Positions 47,319 through 58,583 of a stretch of 64,000 bases of DNA are shown here, in pieces. This stretch comes from Candidatus Melainabacteria bacterium SSGW_16 (GTDB lineage Bacteria; Cyanobacteriota; Vampirovibrionia; 2-02-FULL-35-15), in the NCBI GenBank assembly GCA_004769085.1, contig DUDS01000015.1, positions 97,975-161,974 of the forward strand, read 5' to 3'. The notes under the pieces were generated by a model that made no database searches, was not told the origin of the DNA, and saw only the letters and a list, made by a program, of their open reading frames with translations. The number at the start of each line of letters is the position of its first letter. Position 1 is the first letter of the stretch. A program made the position numbers and the translations under genes.

Positions 47319-47917
47319 ATATTAAATATTTACAACAGGAAATTATTTTTACTACCAATAGTTATGCATGCTCTAATGACTTAGCATTGTCTGCTGCTTC
47401 TAAACAATTAAACAGGCTTTATAAGAAGCACATAATAGAAAAAGTTACTCGTGGTGTATGGGCAAATATTAATCATCCTTATTACAACCCTTTAGCTGCA
47501 GTACCTTATTTACTTGGAAAAGAACAAGGCTATATATCTTTTTTAACTGCCTTACATTCCTACGGCATTATTTCTCAAATTCCTTCAAAGGTTCAGATAG
47601 CTACTACTGGACATAAAAGAGAATTAAGAAGTTTAATTGGACGCTTTGAATTTATTCACTTGGCACCTTATATGATGAAGGAAGGTATTAAATTAAGTGA
47701 CAATAAATCTAACTACTTCATTGCTTCTCCTGAAAAGGCTCTCCTTGATACTTTATATATTTCTACTCGTAAAGGTAAAAGATTTTCATTGCTACCCGAG
47801 CTAGATCTGGAAGATTTAAATATGAAGAAATTAAAAAATCTAATGAATAATAGTATTAAAAGTACAGCAATTAAAACTGCAATTGAAAAATATATGTCAA
47901 AAAATAAAGATTTTTAA
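47315..47917 (+). CDS. AbiEi-like antitoxin (second gene of its module)
   Basis: wHTH-like L.RL....I.KV.RGVW, YISF.TAL..YGII.Q.P, ASPEKALLD; ATGA overlap with the toxin. Confidence 0.85.
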   Translation: MNIKYLQQEIIFTTNSYACSNDLALSAASKQLNRLYKKHIIEKVTRGVWANINHPYYNPLAAVPYLLGKEQGYISFLTALHSYGIISQIPSKVQIATTGHKRELRSLIGRFEFIHLAPYMMKEGIKLSDNKSNYFIASPEKALLDTLYISTRKGKRFSLLPELDLEDLNMKKLKNLMNNSIKSTAIKTAIEKYMSKNKDF

Positions 47918-48083
47918 TTTTGTTTAACATTTAAATATGGTTTCTGTTAAAGGCTATAAGGATTAAAGCTCCATAAGTCCTGTGGAATGTAATAACCTTA
48001 TGTTTAAGCAAATTTCAGGCAAATTTACACTGGAGCTACTACTAAGTCAAACTAATAAGCTCTTTGCTATCATATGAGTAAAT

Positions 48084-49508
48084 ATGACCCAAAGTAATAC
48101 AAAACAAACAAAACAAAAAGTTTTACTTTTAAATCTGCCAGGTAAACAGCAATATCTGAAAGACTATTACTGTAATAACATCTCAAAAAGTAATTATCTT
48201 CATTACCCTATGGATCTTTTATTTCTAACTGGGAGGCTGGATGAAAATAATTTTGAAGTTAAAGTTATAGACGCACTTGCAAAAAAATATACCACTGAAG
48301 AAACGATAAATAAAATTAGTGACTTTAAGCCTGATTATATGGTGGGTCTTGTAGGTTCACTTTCCTGGGAAGAAGACAAAGAGTTTTTAAAAAAAGTAAA
48401 AAGCCAAAATCCAAAATTAAAAATCATTGGCACAGGAGATGTTTTTTTAGATGATGGTTTAAAAACGATTCAGGAAAATAGTTTCTTTGACGGTTGCATC
48501 CTGGATTTTTCAGACAATTCGATTTTAAATATTATAAAAAAACTCAGTGGCAGTTCTAATGGGAAAGAACCATTAGAAAACTGCATTTATAAAGAAAACG
48601 GAAGTGCTCCTATTCCAGGAAAAGTAACAAGAACCAAAGGAGAATTTTCATTACCCACTCCAAAACATGAATATTTTCCACTCAAAGAATACAAATATGC
48701 CTTTTCTAGAGAATTCCCTACAGCGCATCTTATGACTGATTTTGGCTGTGCATTTAACTGCTCCTTTTGCCCGATTAGAAACGATAACCTTGGGTTTAAG
48801 GTAAGGCCAGTGGATGAAGTCATAAAAGAGCTAAAATACATTAAATCACTTGGTGTAAAAGAGCTTTACTTCAGGGATCAGACATTCGGTGCAAATAAAA
48901 AACGTGCTATTGAGCTTTGCAACAAAATGACAGAAGAAGGATTTAAATTTTCCTGGCACTGTTTTTCACGGGTAGATGTAATTAATGAAGAGCTTCTTGA
49001 TGCCATGAAAAAGTCAGGCTGCCATACAATAATTTTTGGTATTGAGAGTGCAAATGAAAAAGCACTTCAGGATGTTCAGAAAAGAATAGATACAGAGAAA
49101 ATTAAAAATGCATTTGCTCTCTGTAAAAAACAGAAGATAAGACGCGCAGCTACTTTTATAATAGGTATACCTGGTGAAACAGAAGAAGACATAATGAGAA
49201 CAGTTAATTTTGCTATTGATATAGACTGCACATTTGCATCATTTAATCTGGCTGATATAAGACCAGGCACTGACTGGAGTCACCACAGAGAACAGGTAAA
49301 ATTCCTGCCTTATGATGAACTGGTTAGAATAAGAAATAAAGCAATAAAAAGATTTTATCTTAGACCTGGTTATATCTTTGGAAGAATAAAAGAAATTACT
49401 ACCCTGTACGATATCAATGTTCTTGTTGAAGAGGGTGTAGGGATAGTAGTAAATCTGTTTAAATCAGCATTCGGGCTACAGCCTAAGATGGTGAAAGAAT
49501 TTAAATAG
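48084..49508 (+). CDS. Radical SAM enzyme with B12-binding-like N-terminal domain
   Basis: GCAFNCSFC (CxxxCxxC), FRDQTF, GIESA, FIIGIPGET motifs. Confidence 0.88.
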   Translation: MTQSNTKQTKQKVLLLNLPGKQQYLKDYYCNNISKSNYLHYPMDLLFLTGRLDENNFEVKVIDALAKKYTTEETINKISDFKPDYMVGLVGSLSWEEDKEFLKKVKSQNPKLKIIGTGDVFLDDGLKTIQENSFFDGCILDFSDNSILNIIKKLSGSSNGKEPLENCIYKENGSAPIPGKVTRTKGEFSLPTPKHEYFPLKEYKYAFSREFPTAHLMTDFGCAFNCSFCPIRNDNLGFKVRPVDEVIKELKYIKSLGVKELYFRDQTFGANKKRAIELCNKMTEEGFKFSWHCFSRVDVINEELLDAMKKSGCHTIIFGIESANEKALQDVQKRIDTEKIKNAFALCKKQKIRRAATFIIGIPGETEEDIMRTVNFAIDIDCTFASFNLADIRPGTDWSHHREQVKFLPYDELVRIRNKAIKRFYLRPGYIFGRIKEITTLYDINVLVEEGVGIVVNLFKSAFGLQPKMVKEFK

Positions 49509-49513
49509 ATATC

Positions 49514-49726
49514 TTAATGAAATCCAGCAAGATATTCATTAATTTTTAATTCAGCATATTTATTTGCTTCTTCTTCTGAATCAAGAGATTTATTCCAAAA
49601 CAAAGGAATTACTTTTTTTTCTCGTAAATCTTTTAGAAGTACTTTTGGGCACCACTGTTCAGAACTACCAAGCTTAAATGGAGTAAACTCAAGTATGTAA
49701 TTAGATTTTATTCTCCAATTTTTCAT
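49514..49726 (-). CDS. Hypothetical 70-aa protein
   Basis: ATG start; fills the gap between convergent and divergent neighbours; plausible strands plus an SEEEA helix. Confidence 0.55.
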   Translation of the reverse strand: MKNWRIKSNYILEFTPFKLGSSEQWCPKVLLKDLREKKVIPLFWNKSLDSEEEANKYAELKINEYLAGFH

Positions 49727-49906
49727 ATAAGTGTTTTACCCATACGCCTAAAGAGATCAACGTTTTTTAGGATTAAAATATTAGGGTAAAGCTGTTCATA
49801 CATAAAGTAGGGATTAACAGGAAATATAAAGGGATAGCCTGGGGTTAGAATTCAGTGCTAATTCTTTCTAAAATTGATTTATTCTGATTACGCTATAATT
49901 TCCCCT

Positions 49907-51850
49907 ATGTGCGGAATCATAGGAATTTATAATTTTACATCCAGGGAGCCTGTTAACAGAGCACCTTTTGAAAACGCTGCATCAGTTATTTATCACAGAG
50001 GACCAGACGAATTTGGATATTTTTATGATGATAATGAAGGTGTAAGTCTTGGCAGCAGAAGGCTTAGCATTATTGATTTAAGTACAGGAAAACAGCCCCT
50101 CTATAACGAAGATAATTCAATGGTCTTAGTTGGGAATGGTGAAATATATAATTTTCCTGAGCTTTACGATAAGCTGACTGCTAACGGACATAAATTTAAA
50201 ACTAGATCTGATAATGAAGCAATAATTCACCTTTATGAAATGTATGGAACAAAGTGCGTCGATCATTTAAACGGAATGTTTGCATTTGCATTATGGGACA
50301 GGAAGAAAAAGCTTTTATTTTTAGCAAGGGACAGAATGGGGGTAAAGCCCCTATATTATGCACTTCAGAACAATTCAATTTATTTTTGTTCTGAGATAAA
50401 GGGACTGCTTGCATTACCATTTATTAAAAGAGAATTAAATTTAGAAGCGCTAAATAAATATCTGACATTTGAAAATATACCTTCCCCACATTCAATTATT
50501 AAAAATATTTTTAAACTTCCAGCAGGATACACACTTACAGTTAAAGATGGGAATATAAAAACAGAACAATACTGGGATATTCCTCTGGATTCACCAAAAT
50601 TAGATATTACTGAAAAAGAAGCTGTAGAAGAACTGGAGAGACTTTTTAGAGGTGCAGTGAAAAGAAGACTTCTATCAGATGTCCCTTTAGGAGTGTTTTT
50701 AAGCGGTGGCATTGATTCAAGCCTCGTAGCAAAATTTATGGCTGAAGAATCAAGTGAAAAAATAAGGACTTTTTCAATAGGTTTTCATGAAAAATCCTTT
50801 GATGAATCAAAGGCTGCAATGCGATTTGCAAAAGAATTAAAAAGTGAACATAACCAGTTTATGTTTGACAGCAAGGAATGTCTGAAGTTAATTCCTAATA
50901 TTGCAAACCTGGTTGATGAGCCTCTTTCAGATGCATCAATTCTTCCCACCTATTTTCTTTCAAACTTTGCATCTAAACAGGTAAAGGTCTGCCTTGGAGG
51001 AGATGGCGGGGATGAAATGTTTGCAGGTTATCAGATTTTTCCGGTTCATAAATTAATCGGACTCTATGATTTAATCCCCAGAGAGTTTAAAAAACTCCTT
51101 CTTTTTACAGCAAATACAATGCCTCCAAAAGAAACCTATCTAAGTTTTCCATTTGTTTTAAAGCAATTTTTAAGGGGTGTAGGGCTTTCAAATGAAATAA
51201 GAATGTTTATATGGATGGGCGCGTATCTTGACAGTGAAAAGAAACAATTGCTTAATCCAGAAATCCAAAAAACAATTCAAACAAATACATTTGACATTAT
51301 AAGAAGTCATTTAAATAAAAAATTTATCTCTACTGATGTAGACAGAATGCTATATCTTATTTCAAAGATTTATCTGACTGACGACATTCTTGTAAAGGTT
51401 GACAGGGCAAGCATGGCAACAAGTCTTGAAGTAAGGGCACCATTTCTCGACTACACCATACAGGAGTTTGCAGCACAATTACCATATGACTTTAAATTAA
51501 ATAGGCTGATCTCAAAATATATTTTAAAGAAAATGGCAAAAAGACATTTGCCTGATTACATTATAAATAAAAGAAAACAAGGCTTTGCAATCCCTGTTAC
51601 CAAATGGCTTAAGCATGAACTAAAAGACACGCTTCTTAATTACACAAGTAAAGAATACATAGAAAACCAGGGATTGTTTAACCATGACTTTATTGAAAAA
51701 CTTGTACAAAATCATTTGAGCGAAAAATGGGACAATAAAAAACTTTTGTGGAACCTGCTTGTTTTTCAGCTTTGGTATGAAAAATATAAGCCATCAATTC
51801 CATCCTTATCAGGAACAGAAAGCAATTCAGAAGTTCTTTTAAAGACCTAG
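49907..51850 (+). CDS. asnB: Asparagine synthase (glutamine-hydrolysing)-family amidotransferase
   Basis: True start is MCGIIG at 49907 (Ntn Cys). HRGPD, RLSIIDL, NGEIYN, LSGGIDSS, GDGGDE, KVDRASM, K.GF..P. Likely glycan amidation given its context. Confidence 0.93.
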   Translation: MCGIIGIYNFTSREPVNRAPFENAASVIYHRGPDEFGYFYDDNEGVSLGSRRLSIIDLSTGKQPLYNEDNSMVLVGNGEIYNFPELYDKLTANGHKFKTRSDNEAIIHLYEMYGTKCVDHLNGMFAFALWDRKKKLLFLARDRMGVKPLYYALQNNSIYFCSEIKGLLALPFIKRELNLEALNKYLTFENIPSPHSIIKNIFKLPAGYTLTVKDGNIKTEQYWDIPLDSPKLDITEKEAVEELERLFRGAVKRRLLSDVPLGVFLSGGIDSSLVAKFMAEESSEKIRTFSIGFHEKSFDESKAAMRFAKELKSEHNQFMFDSKECLKLIPNIANLVDEPLSDASILPTYFLSNFASKQVKVCLGGDGGDEMFAGYQIFPVHKLIGLYDLIPREFKKLLLFTANTMPPKETYLSFPFVLKQFLRGVGLSNEIRMFIWMGAYLDSEKKQLLNPEIQKTIQTNTFDIIRSHLNKKFISTDVDRMLYLISKIYLTDDILVKVDRASMATSLEVRAPFLDYTIQEFAAQLPYDFKLNRLISKYILKKMAKRHLPDYIINKRKQGFAIPVTKWLKHELKDTLLNYTSKEYIENQGLFNHDFIEKLVQNHLSEKWDNKKLLWNLLVFQLWYEKYKPSIPSLSGTESNSEVLLKT

Positions 51851-51853
51851 TCC

Positions 51854-53668
51854 TTAAATCCCACTTGTCTTATCCTGAGAGGTTATAATTAAAAATTTTT
51901 CAAAGTCTACTGGTTCACCAAAAAGAAAATTAAGTCCAAACTGTGTCTGTTGGCGAAGAGCATCCCAGTTCACGAGCATTTTAAAATCTTTTGGTCCGAC
52001 TTTTGCCCTGAACTGTCTTTCAATAAGCTCAGCAGCTTTAATATTATAAGTACCATAACCACCAAGTGTTACCCACTCATGAAGCTTTATATCCCCGTCA
52101 AGCAGCACGCTCTGCATGCCCTGAATATATTGATCATAAAAAAGTGGTGATTTTCCTTTAACAAAACCCTGATTATAACCAAGTTCAAATGAAAGAGGTC
52201 CAATTTTATTATCAAATAAAGGCCCACCGGTAAATATTCCCTGCAGGTCTCCTGTAGAATATGCCCTGAATGCATTCTGTGTTTTTAGCCTAAGTGCAGT
52301 GTTATATTTTTCATTTCCAAATTTAAATATTGGCTTGCTTATGGCTGAAATCTGTTCTTCAAATTTAAACGCACTGTTTTCAAAATCTTTTGGATTACCA
52401 GCATCTTTAAGAAAGTCTTTATACCTTGAGGGGAGAATTCCCTGATCACTTTGAGCCCAGCTACCTGCGGTTCTGAAATTTAAACCGGTTTCGGTAAAAG
52501 GTAATTTTATTTTTCTTCTATCAACAAGTTCTACATTTAATTTTGCTAATGTACTCCCTAAAAAACCATTATCAAGATATTTATTATAAGCAGCCCGAAA
52601 TTCTGTTTTGTTTCCAAATTTCTGCCTGAACTGTCCAACAAATCTGTCCTTTAATGAACCGTATGCTCCTTCCAGTATTGTACTTGGACCGTAAAACCCA
52701 ATCTTTTCACCAAATCCAAATTCACCTTCTGAACCAATCTGCCCAAAAGGTGACAAAGACAAAATATGATAATCAGTAAGATTAAAGTTAAATCTTGGAC
52801 CAACAGCAAAACCACCCAAAGCACCCTGTGTACCAAGAATAGGGGCAAGAAGGGGGGCACTTCGCACATCAGGATCTGAACTCACAGTGGTCGTAAATTT
52901 GGGCGATGCTGGTATTGAAAAATTTTTAAAATGAACCCTAGCGCCATATATCGTAAGGTTATTAATCTTTTTTTCACTGTCATAGACTATCTTCTCTGCA
53001 GTAACCTTGTATCTTTGTTTTTGGGGAATCTCATTCCAAGAAGGTTTCTTTCTGGATGTTACAGAATTTTTAAAGCTATAAAAGGTTCGAGGCCGTCGTC
53101 TTACACCAAAACCCTGTGCTATGCGAATAGGTTCACTGAGTTTTAGCCTTCCCTTTTCATATTCAATCCGATCACCACTCGTGCTGCTTACGGTTCTGGC
53201 TTTTATAACTGCACCAGATAAAGTAGTATGAGGCCTTGTTAAAAGATATTTATTTGAAGTAACATCAAACTTAAATGACTCCCCAACAGTAACAATATTT
53301 TGCCTGGTAATTTTTATATTTCCGGTTGCTTCAATATGCTGATCATCTCCATAATAAATAATACTGTCAGCTTCAAGATGCGCATCCTGATCAACTATAT
53401 GAGCTACCGACATACCATAGGTTATGTATAGGTTTTTTTCATGATCATACTCGACATTATCTCCTTCAAGTTCAAGATAGATAGCTTTTGCTTTCAGAGT
53501 ATTGTCCTGGATTACTGATTCACTCTGGATTTTTGTCTGTTTTTGTTTCGACTGTTTGTTATTTGATTGTTTGCTAAAGGGATTTTTTAATATGGCTGCA
53601 TAAGAAGAAGCAGAACAATAAGCCAGACTTAAAGCAAATATCAATAAAGTTAAATATAATTTTTTCAT
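51854..53668 (-). CDS. LptD/OstA-like LPS-assembly outer-membrane protein
   Basis: Signal peptide; OstA-like LEGDNVEYD, LEADSI.Y, IEATGNI; beta-strand-rich C-terminal half with GKSPLFYD. Confidence 0.6.
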   Translation of the reverse strand: MKKLYLTLLIFALSLAYCSASSYAAILKNPFSKQSNNKQSKQKQTKIQSESVIQDNTLKAKAIYLELEGDNVEYDHEKNLYITYGMSVAHIVDQDAHLEADSIIYYGDDQHIEATGNIKITRQNIVTVGESFKFDVTSNKYLLTRPHTTLSGAVIKARTVSSTSGDRIEYEKGRLKLSEPIRIAQGFGVRRRPRTFYSFKNSVTSRKKPSWNEIPQKQRYKVTAEKIVYDSEKKINNLTIYGARVHFKNFSIPASPKFTTTVSSDPDVRSAPLLAPILGTQGALGGFAVGPRFNFNLTDYHILSLSPFGQIGSEGEFGFGEKIGFYGPSTILEGAYGSLKDRFVGQFRQKFGNKTEFRAAYNKYLDNGFLGSTLAKLNVELVDRRKIKLPFTETGLNFRTAGSWAQSDQGILPSRYKDFLKDAGNPKDFENSAFKFEEQISAISKPIFKFGNEKYNTALRLKTQNAFRAYSTGDLQGIFTGGPLFDNKIGPLSFELGYNQGFVKGKSPLFYDQYIQGMQSVLLDGDIKLHEWVTLGGYGTYNIKAAELIERQFRAKVGPKDFKMLVNWDALRQQTQFGLNFLFGEPVDFEKFLIITSQDKTSGI

Positions 53669-53811
53669 GTGAATATTGACAGGTTAATTATATAGCTTGT
53701 TTATTATAAGCATGGTCCACAGGAGCTGAAAAGCCCTTCATTGTTTCCAAAAGCAAAAAAATTTTACCTTAAATTAAGGATCTGCCATATAGGATAAGAT
53801 ACTTAACTATT

Positions 53812-54960
53812 GTGCTGTTAAAAAAGTTAAAACTTACTGATTTTCGTAATTATAGTGAATTTGAGGAAGATTTTAAAGAGCTAAAGATCATAATTATTGG
53901 CCAAAATGCACAAGGGAAAAGCAATATACTCGAAGCAATAAACCTGTTGGCTACAAGCAAATCTGAAAGAGCTGAAAGAGACAGCGATCTGATTCACTGG
54001 GGGAAAGATTTTGCACTAATTTTTGCAGATATTGAAAGAAAAGATGGTTCTTCAAAAATTGCGCTACAGATTAATTCATCGGGCAGAAGAAAATTAAAAA
54101 TCAATGATGTTGCTAAAAAAGCTCCACAGGCTGATTTGCTTGGGAATTTTTTTGCGGTTATGTTTTCCTGTGATGATCTATACCTTATAAAGGGTTCTCC
54201 TTCAATACGACGGAGTTGGCTTGATTCTGTATTATTCCAGCTGGATTCAAAGTATCACAGAAGCCTTCATGATTATCAAAAATCAATATCACAAAAAAAT
54301 GCACTTTTAAAAAGTGGCCGGGAAAATCCTATTGCAAGAAAAGAACTAAAAATTCAGACTGAAATCTGGAATGAACAAATTATTAATTCCGGAACAGAGA
54401 TAATTTATACAAGACTGGAATTTCTTAAAGAAATAAGCCCTTACAGTTCTGAACTGCTGAAAAACATATCAATGAGAACAGAAGATCTTGGATTAAAATA
54501 CCTATGTACTATCAATAAGAATGAAATGGAAATACCCAACGAAAAAACCAATATTAAGTCCCTGTTTAAAGCTTCTCTTGAAAATTCATTTGAAGAAGAG
54601 TGTGCCAGAGGACAATCAGTAATTGGTCCACACAGAGATGATTTACAGTTCCAGCTTAATGGAAGAGAAGCCAGGTCATTTGCCAGCCAGGGTCAGCAGA
54701 GATCAATAATACTTTCATTAAAGCTTGGGGAAGTCCAGGTAATTGAAAAAAGGAAAAACGAAATGCCTGTTCTGCTTCTGGACGATGTATTCGCAGAGCT
54801 GGATGAAAAAAGGCAGGATTTTCTATTACATAATCTTCCTGAAAACATTCAGATTTTTTTAACCACAACACACATAAGCGATGTACAGAAAGAATTTATA
54901 AAAGGTGCTCATATTATTGAAATTAAGACAGGTAAAATAGTTCATAAGGTTTCAGCATGA
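53812..54960 (+). CDS. recF: DNA replication and repair protein RecF
   Basis: FRNY, GQNAQGKSNILEAI, GPHRDDL, SQGQQR, LLLDDVFAELD. Confidence 0.96.
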   Translation: MLLKKLKLTDFRNYSEFEEDFKELKIIIIGQNAQGKSNILEAINLLATSKSERAERDSDLIHWGKDFALIFADIERKDGSSKIALQINSSGRRKLKINDVAKKAPQADLLGNFFAVMFSCDDLYLIKGSPSIRRSWLDSVLFQLDSKYHRSLHDYQKSISQKNALLKSGRENPIARKELKIQTEIWNEQIINSGTEIIYTRLEFLKEISPYSSELLKNISMRTEDLGLKYLCTINKNEMEIPNEKTNIKSLFKASLENSFEEECARGQSVIGPHRDDLQFQLNGREARSFASQGQQRSIILSLKLGEVQVIEKRKNEMPVLLLDDVFAELDEKRQDFLLHNLPENIQIFLTTTHISDVQKEFIKGAHIIEIKTGKIVHKVSA

Positions 54961-55313
54961 CAAACAGCAACAAAATAAATTACAACAAGCCAAAGAAGCA
55001 AAGGCGTCCAAAAAGTAATCTGACAAAAATAAGTGAGGTTATTCCTGCAGTAAAAGAAAAGATGGGTATTAAAAAACTGTTAAAAATAAATGCAATAAAG
55101 GAAATCTGGCCTCTTATTACCGATTTTGAGATTGCAGAAAATAGTCAGCCTGCATATTTTGACAATAACAACAACCTTGTTATAAGAGTAAAATCAAGTG
55201 TACTTGTTACAGAGCTTTCTATGCAGAAAATAAGCATATTTCAGAGACTTAAGGATGCAATAAAAAATACTGATATTTCATTTAATGACATCAGATTTGT
55301 AAATAGACCATAA
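54957..55313 (+). CDS. DUF721/DciA-family protein
   Basis: W..I...IAE.S.P, L.I.V.SS...EL, I.F motifs; position between recF and gyrB. Confidence 0.8.
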   Translation: MTNSNKINYNKPKKQRRPKSNLTKISEVIPAVKEKMGIKKLLKINAIKEIWPLITDFEIAENSQPAYFDNNNNLVIRVKSSVLVTELSMQKISIFQRLKDAIKNTDISFNDIRFVNRP

Positions 55314-55398
55314 GTGTTTTTACTCCGGCGGCTCGCTCATAATTCGCTTCGCCACCTTTCCAGAGTGCACTAAATATCTGCTTCTTACCACGATGTCC

Positions 55399-55436
55399 AG
55401 GTTTTGCCGAGCAAGTCGGACAAAACCTTTCCTTTT
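55399..55436 (+). terminator. Possible intrinsic terminator after recF-dciA
   Basis: AGGTTTTG-CCGA-GCAAG-TCGG-A-CAAAACCT followed by TTCCTTTT. Confidence 0.45.
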
Positions 55437-55581
55437 ATTAATTGTTGTTGTGGTCATTTTATAGCTGGTGAGTAGCTACCCTTAAGTTTATATATGTAAT
55501 TTCAGTGTAAAACTTACCTGCTCAAAATTCCTTAAATACATCATATATATTGAATTTCAAGAGTGGCAATATTAACTCTAA

Positions 55582-57630
<2,049 letters not shown>

Positions 57631-57730
57631 TTTTTCTGTTACTACCTTTTTAAGACAATTTAATTAAAGGAATTAAAAGTAGAGCTATACTTTTACCAAT
57701 TCATTTTTAAGACTAAAGAGAAAATATTAT

Positions 57731-58477
57731 ATGCCAAGAAGTGTAAGAGTTAGTGGATCAGTAGCACGATCAAAGATACATCGTGGCAAACGAAGAGTTA
57801 TTGGGAAAATCCCACCTGGAAACAGAAAAAAAATTGTTCGTCCAGGTACAGTGATAATAAATGGAGTAAATGGTGCAAAACAAAATCACCCTTCGGCTGG
57901 GTTAAATGGTGCTCATACTTTCTCTACTTTAGACAATCCTTTAACTATTAGTACTGAACCCACATTTTTGCCAAGAGAAACAAAGGATTTTTTATTTGAC
58001 ATTCTTCAAAATAACAACAAATTTCCAATGAGAGATGTTGAACCAGGGAAAAAAGAAGAAAACCTTTTATTAAAAGGTGAAGCAGCACTTACACTATCTC
58101 TAAGTGGTTATACTACAAGCAGATTAACTGAAAGTATAAAAGGGATTTTAAATACTGTTGTAGAAAAGCCTATAAATGGTTCCGTTGTAGAACCTGAGCC
58201 ACAGGTTAGTCAGTTTTCTTTTACATTTATCGTTTCACCAAATGCACCTCAGCCTTTAAAACAAGCAGAAAGCAGTCCTCCTCAATATTCAAAAGGAGTT
58301 AAATATTTAATTGCTGCACTTTATGTTGCTTATGAAAATTCAAACAATAGAAATGGAATTGCTGAAATATTAAAACAATATAGATTAAGCAAAGATGAGT
58401 TAGTTGTAACAGCAAGAACCTTTAAACCTTTTAAACTGGCTGAATTAGCCGATAAACTACCTGGCAACAAAAAGTAA
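57731..58477 (+). CDS. Hypothetical protein with Arg/Lys-rich N-terminus
   Basis: 248-aa ORF in AT-rich DNA; no motif recognised. Confidence 0.6.
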   Translation: MPRSVRVSGSVARSKIHRGKRRVIGKIPPGNRKKIVRPGTVIINGVNGAKQNHPSAGLNGAHTFSTLDNPLTISTEPTFLPRETKDFLFDILQNNNKFPMRDVEPGKKEENLLLKGEAALTLSLSGYTTSRLTESIKGILNTVVEKPINGSVVEPEPQVSQFSFTFIVSPNAPQPLKQAESSPPQYSKGVKYLIAALYVAYENSNNRNGIAEILKQYRLSKDELVVTARTFKPFKLAELADKLPGNKK

Positions 58478-58583
58478 TATTTAAGACATTAGCCATTGCC
58501 AAATATTTCTGTATAGGTTATATTTTCAGACAAGTAAACATATTGCTTATCACCAAGCCGTTACAAAGCAGTAACAGTTTTTT

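Noticed and set aside
49874-49906. ORF-track N-terminal extension of asnB, and similar extensions at 36511-36582 and 18154-18183
   Set aside because: Ntn amidotransferases need Cys at position 2 (MCG at 49907). The other extensions precede the family-typical N-terminus.
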